This document shows positions 60,141-64,000 of a DNA stretch of 64,000 nt, piece after piece. The notes under the pieces are model-generated. The model saw only the letters and a list, made by a program, of their open reading frames with translations. It ran no database searches and was not told where the DNA came from. This stretch comes from Roseibacillus sp. (lineage in GTDB: Bacteria; Verrucomicrobiota; Verrucomicrobiia; Verrucomicrobiales; Akkermansiaceae). Numbering within the stretch: position 1 is the first letter of the stretch; each line of letters opens with the position of its first letter. Location of the stretch: the NCBI GenBank assembly GCA_051251855.1, contig JBPOGI010000002.1, forward strand, positions 416,001 to 480,000, in the 5' to 3' direction. The position numbers were made by a program, and so were the translations under genes.

Positions 60141-62690
60141 TTATCGCCAGACATGACCGGGGAACTTCTTGGCGACGGTGGGGCGATACTTGCGCCACTC
60201 GCGGGCGAGGAAGTGCGGCCAGTCGGTGGTGGTGGCCACCTTCTTTCCTTTCGGATCACAGAGCTTGAGCAGGACGGGGAGGCGGCCTTCACAGAGGCTC
60301 GGGTGTTCTTCCAAGGCCCAGCAGTCTTGTAATTTGACTTGAGCTTCTGGCGAACCGGTGAGGTAAGAGACTTTGGTGGAGCCCTTTTCTAGCCAAGGGA
60401 TGGAGGCGGGGAGCAATTCATTGAGCCAACTGATTTGGCCATCTTCCAAATGGCGGTGGAAGGCGTTGAGGAGGGGAGTCGCTTGCGCTTCTTTGGCGAG
60501 CGAAAGTCCTTTGAAGGCGCGGGTGAGGCAGGTGGTGATGGCCGCTTCATCGAAGGGGGCGAACTCGAGCTCGGGCATGGTCTCGTGGAGGAGGTTGACC
60601 CGGGCCATGAATTGTTTGAGTCGGTGATCCATCAGCGGAAGATCGAAGGATCCCTTGCGTTGAGCTTCAGCAAGACAGCGTCCGCTGGCGACGGGGTCGA
60701 GGTCGTTTTGCTGCGCCTTCTGCTCAATCACGAGGTCGTGATAGCGCACTTGTTTCATAGCGGACACGCGCTTGTTCTTGGCATCGAAGAGGTGCTCCAA
60801 AGTGGTGCTGAGGTGCTGGGGAAACATTTCCGCGATCCAAGAAGGCTTCACCGCAGTCGCGATGCTGAGAAGAGTCAGTGGAATCGGGCCGCGCGAGGGA
60901 ACTTGATGCATGTTCGCGGCCACGAAGTAGGGGGCGTCCTGGACCACGCTTTCGCGCACGAGTTGGCCTTCTCTCTGCTCGGTGAGGTCGCAAGCAGGCT
61001 TGCCGGATTCGCGCCGTTTGGCGAGCTGATCGACGAAGCCGGACATCAGGCAACGAAGGAGCGCTTCTTCGTTCTTTTCCGGGGTTGTTAGACTGGCGTC
61101 GCGGTCGTAGAGGCGTTGTTGTTGGGCGGTGTGGAGAATCTGTTTGTAGGTTTCCTCCACTTGGCGAGCGACTTGGGGGTTGATGCCGTGGCTCCGGCAG
61201 CGGTCAAAGCTGAAGCGGTTCTCTTTTGCAAAGTCGAAAGCGCGCATCAGGGTGATGAAATCGGAGTCGTCGCTGTCCTCGAACATCTCCCGCGCGGTCT
61301 GGCTTTTGACATCATTCGGGTCGAGGCGAGTGAGCAAGTCGCGACCACTGACGAGGGCGGAGCACAAGGCGGCATCGGGGACGCAGTTGCGCTCGCTCGC
61401 TTCGATCAACATGCGTGAGTAGCGGGGGTGCATCGGGAGGCGCAGCATCTGGCGGCCGATGTCGGTGAGCTCGGTATCGAGGAGAGCTCCCAGCATGGTG
61501 AGGAGGCGTTCGGCGCGTTCGACTGCTTGAGTGTCGGGCTTGTCCAACCAGTCAAAGAGGGCCGCTTCCCTGATTCCGAGCGAGTGCAGTAGCAGCACCA
61601 CCTCCGCGAGGTCGCTGCGCTGAATTTCCGGGGTGTTCCGTTCTTCCCGACTCTTGTGCCCAATCTCAGTCCACAAGCGATGGCAGGTGCCGGAAGCGGT
61701 GCGGCCAGCGCGGCCTTTACGTTGGTCGGCGCTGGCGCGACTGATAGGTTCTAACAGAAGGGTGCCAATTCCGCGTTCGGCATCGTAACGGGCCACGCGC
61801 GCGACGCCACCGTCCACGACGTGGCGGATGCCGTCGATGGTGATGCTGGTCTCGGCGACGTTGGTGGCGACGATGATTTTGCGCAGCGCGTTCGGGGCGA
61901 AGGCGCGGTCTTGCTCTTGGGGTTCGAGCGCACCGTGCAAGGGGATACAAGTCACGCGCTCCTCGGTTCTCAGTCCGCGCAAGGCGTCGAGGGTGCCGTT
62001 GATTTCGCCGCGCCCTGGCATGAAGACAAGGATGTCGCCTGAGTCGCCGTCGTTGATAATGCCTTCAACCGCATCAGCTGCCTGCACCGTGATAGGGCGC
62101 TGATCGGGGAGGGGGAGATAGCCCACTTCCACGGGATAGCTCTGCCCTTCCGAAATGAGAATGGGGCACGGTTCCAAATAGGTGGCGACAGGCTCGGCAT
62201 CGAGGGTGGCAGACATCACTAACATCGCCAAATCAGGGCGCTCGTTCTGCTGCAAATTTTTCACCAAAGCGAGGGCGACATCACTGAGCAGGTTGCGCTC
62301 GTGGAACTCATCGAAGAGCACCGCCCCGACCTTGGACAGGGTGCGGTCGTCCTGCAGCCAGCGTAGGAGAATGCCCTCGGTGACAAAACAGATCCGAGTC
62401 TTCGCGCTGGTGCGATCGTCGAAGCGGATTTGATACCCAATCTCAGCCCCGAGCTGACCCTTCCGCTCCGAGGCCACGCGGGTGGCGACGGTGCGGGCGG
62501 CAACGCGTCGGGGTTGCAGCACCACGATCATCTTGTCTCCCGCTATTCCGGCATCGAGCAGCATCTGCGGAACCTGCGTCGTCTTACCCGAGCCCGTCGG
62601 CGCAACGAGCACCAGCCGATTGCCGCCTTGCAAGGTGCGCACGATCTCGTGGTGGATCTTCCAAATGGGGAGGGAGTGAGGGTCAGGCAT
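60141..62690 (-). CDS. hrpB: ATP-dependent DEAH-box helicase HrpB-like
   Basis: Motifs APTGSGKTTQVP, QPRRVAAR, DEFHER, MSAT, ATNVAETSITI and QRKGRAGR. Confidence 0.9.
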   Translation of the reverse strand: MPDPHSLPIWKIHHEIVRTLQGGNRLVLVAPTGSGKTTQVPQMLLDAGIAGDKMIVVLQPRRVAARTVATRVASERKGQLGAEIGYQIRFDDRTSAKTRICFVTEGILLRWLQDDRTLSKVGAVLFDEFHERNLLSDVALALVKNLQQNERPDLAMLVMSATLDAEPVATYLEPCPILISEGQSYPVEVGYLPLPDQRPITVQAADAVEGIINDGDSGDILVFMPGRGEINGTLDALRGLRTEERVTCIPLHGALEPQEQDRAFAPNALRKIIVATNVAETSITIDGIRHVVDGGVARVARYDAERGIGTLLLEPISRASADQRKGRAGRTASGTCHRLWTEIGHKSREERNTPEIQRSDLAEVVLLLHSLGIREAALFDWLDKPDTQAVERAERLLTMLGALLDTELTDIGRQMLRLPMHPRYSRMLIEASERNCVPDAALCSALVSGRDLLTRLDPNDVKSQTAREMFEDSDDSDFITLMRAFDFAKENRFSFDRCRSHGINPQVARQVEETYKQILHTAQQQRLYDRDASLTTPEKNEEALLRCLMSGFVDQLAKRRESGKPACDLTEQREGQLVRESVVQDAPYFVAANMHQVPSRGPIPLTLLSIATAVKPSWIAEMFPQHLSTTLEHLFDAKNKRVSAMKQVRYHDLVIEQKAQQNDLDPVASGRCLAEAQRKGSFDLPLMDHRLKQFMARVNLLHETMPELEFAPFDEAAITTCLTRAFKGLSLAKEAQATPLLNAFHRHLEDGQISWLNELLPASIPWLEKGSTKVSYLTGSPEAQVKLQDCWALEEHPSLCEGRLPVLLKLCDPKGKKVATTTDWPHFLAREWRKYRPTVAKKFPGHVWR

Positions 62691-63006
62691 GGAGCAAGAC
62701 GCACAGACTACGGCTCTGCGGGGACGATGGAAATGAGATTGCGCTCAGAAGAGCAGATGACGACTGGGAGCGTTGAGGGACGAAGCGGTCGAAAGGGGGG
62801 AGGGGACAATTCGTTCGAGCTCGCTTGCTGGGTAATCATTTGCCTGTCCAACTACGACGACGGGATGAAAATGTTCCGATGCGCGGACTGACCCGAATGG
62901 CTGCTCGTCCAACGGTTTGCGGTTCTTCAAGCTGCGCTTTGCCGCAGTCGATTCGAGGTGACCTGTTTCACACCGTTTTTCAACGTAGTTTCGGACCAGC
63001 GAGACG

Positions 63007-63095
63007 CAACACCTTTGGTGTTGAAGAAACGATGTGGGGAGATCTCAGGGTATGCTACGCCAATCCTGGGCTGAGAAACGGAACACCTTTGGTGT
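63007..63095. repeat. Orphan three-hairpin REP-like unit
   Basis: CAACACC-TTT-GGTGTTG, 20-nt spacer, CTCAGGGT..ATCCTGGG, 12-nt spacer, ACACC-TTT-GGTGT. Confidence 0.65.
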
Positions 63096-63187
63096 ATTTG
63101 AGGTGGGAGTCCGATGGACTTCAGAGAGAATGGACAAGTCTCGATAATCAGTGGCTGACTGAACGGGAGATGGGCATAGTCGCTTCG

Positions 63188-63222
63188 TGATTCGGCTGAT
63201 TCGGCTGATTCGGCTGATTCGG
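63188..63222. repeat. 9-bp tandem repeat (TGATTCGGC) x3.9
   Basis: Read directly from the sequence. Confidence 0.9.
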
Positions 63223-63256
63223 AAGCGAAGAAGTGGAAGAGGAAGTGAGAAGAACT

Positions 63257-64000
63257 GTGAAAACGCAAGAATTGACCGGAAGTGGTGATGGGGGCGGGGC
63301 TTTGCATCCGCGGAATCCTCATCGCGGGCGCTACCGCTTTGATGGGCTGTGTGAGGCTCTTCCGAGCTTGCAGGGGTTCTTGAGGTTGAATCCGAGGGGA
63401 GAGCAGACGATTGACTTTGCGGATCCGGCAGCGGTGGTGGCTTTGAATCAGGCGCTTTTGTCCCAGTTCTATGGCGTGAAGCATTGGATGATTCCGAAGG
63501 GGTATCTTTGCCCGCCGATTCCGGGGCGGGCGGATTACATCCATTATCTGGCCGACCTCATCGGCGAGAAAGATGGAGTGACGGTGTTGGATATTGGGAC
63601 GGGGGCGAACTGCGTCTACCCGATCATTGGGAGTCAGGCTTATGGCTGGAAATTCGTTGGCACAGACATCGATCCAGTGTCGGTGAAGACTGCGCGCACG
63701 ATTGTGGAGGTGAATCCGTGTCTGAGAAAGAAGGTGAAAATCGTTCTACAGAAGTCCTCGCAATCTTATTTTGAAGGAGTGATTCGAGAGGGCGACTGCT
63801 ATGAACTCACGATGTGCAATCCTCCCTTCCACTCCTCGATGGAGGATGCGCAGGCGGGAAGCCGGAGGAAGGTTCGCAATCTTCAGAAGAGTCAATCAGC
63901 GAAGGGGAAGCTGGCCTTGAACTTTGGAGGTCAAGGGGGAGAGCTCTGGTGTCCGGGAGGCGAGCTGGCTTTTTTGAAGGGGATGATTCGAGAGAGTCAG
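63257..64000 (+). CDS. rlmF: 23S rRNA m6A1618 methyltransferase RlmF, 3'-partial (not in ORF track)
   Basis: Hand translation gives LHPRNPHRGRY...IDFADPAAVVALNQALL...GYLCPPIPGRADYIHYLADL...LDIGTGANCVYPIIG...MCNPPFH. The GTG start is uncertain (63233, 63245 or 63257). Confidence 0.93.
   Translation, partial: MKTQELTGSGDGGGALHPRNPHRGRYRFDGLCEALPSLQGFLRLNPRGEQTIDFADPAAVVALNQALLSQFYGVKHWMIPKGYLCPPIPGRADYIHYLADLIGEKDGVTVLDIGTGANCVYPIIGSQAYGWKFVGTDIDPVSVKTARTIVEVNPCLRKKVKIVLQKSSQSYFEGVIREGDCYELTMCNPPFHSSMEDAQAGSRRKVRNLQKSQSAKGKLALNFGGQGGELWCPGGELAFLKGMIRESQ

Noticed and set aside
62745..62930. Possible decayed transposase fragment beside the orphan hairpin unit
   Set aside because: The resemblance is too vague to support without a profile search.
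1..64000. Genome-wide UGA reassignment (genetic code 4 or 25)
   Set aside because: TGA ends complete genes here (gnd at 59713, the kinase at 51459, and the ASPIC genes at 1772 and 10858), and Trp is encoded by TGG. I found only four internal TGAs, each with a hairpin.

Overview
A 64-kb bacterial chromosomal window, probably from a Verrucomicrobia/PVC organism (inferred from PEP-CTERM genes, DUF1080, an ECF-sigma/Ser-Thr kinase pair and a Verrucomicrobia-style secreted multidomain protein). The main discovery is UGA recoding. Three FG-GAP/ASPIC-UnbV (CRTAC1-like) genes at 1-10.9 kb are each split by one in-frame TGA at the same motif (DL*SVYWR), and each TGA is followed by a bacterial-SECIS-like hairpin. 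An msrA gene at 45.7 kb has TGA at its catalytic G-C-F-W-G cysteine plus a similar hairpin, which acts as an internal positive control for selenocysteine. The six ORFs at 1-10.9 kb are therefore most likely three selenoproteins. Two of them are 1265-aa tandem paralogues that also carry a CxxC thioredoxin-like domain and TPRs. Other unannotated items are a 48-aa Cys/His-rich lipoprotein next to arsC, three copies of a ~260-nt fold-back element at gene 3' ends, and a stand-alone IS200-like Y1 transposase flanked by three-hairpin REP-like units, with an orphan unit of the same geometry at 63 kb. The rest is housekeeping (ABC-F, xseA, smc, gnd, hrpB, partial rlmF), a GT2/LAB_N/ArnT lipid-glycosylation cluster and a mannitol/polyol utilisation operon. 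No rRNA, tRNA, CRISPR array or sel machinery genes were recognised.
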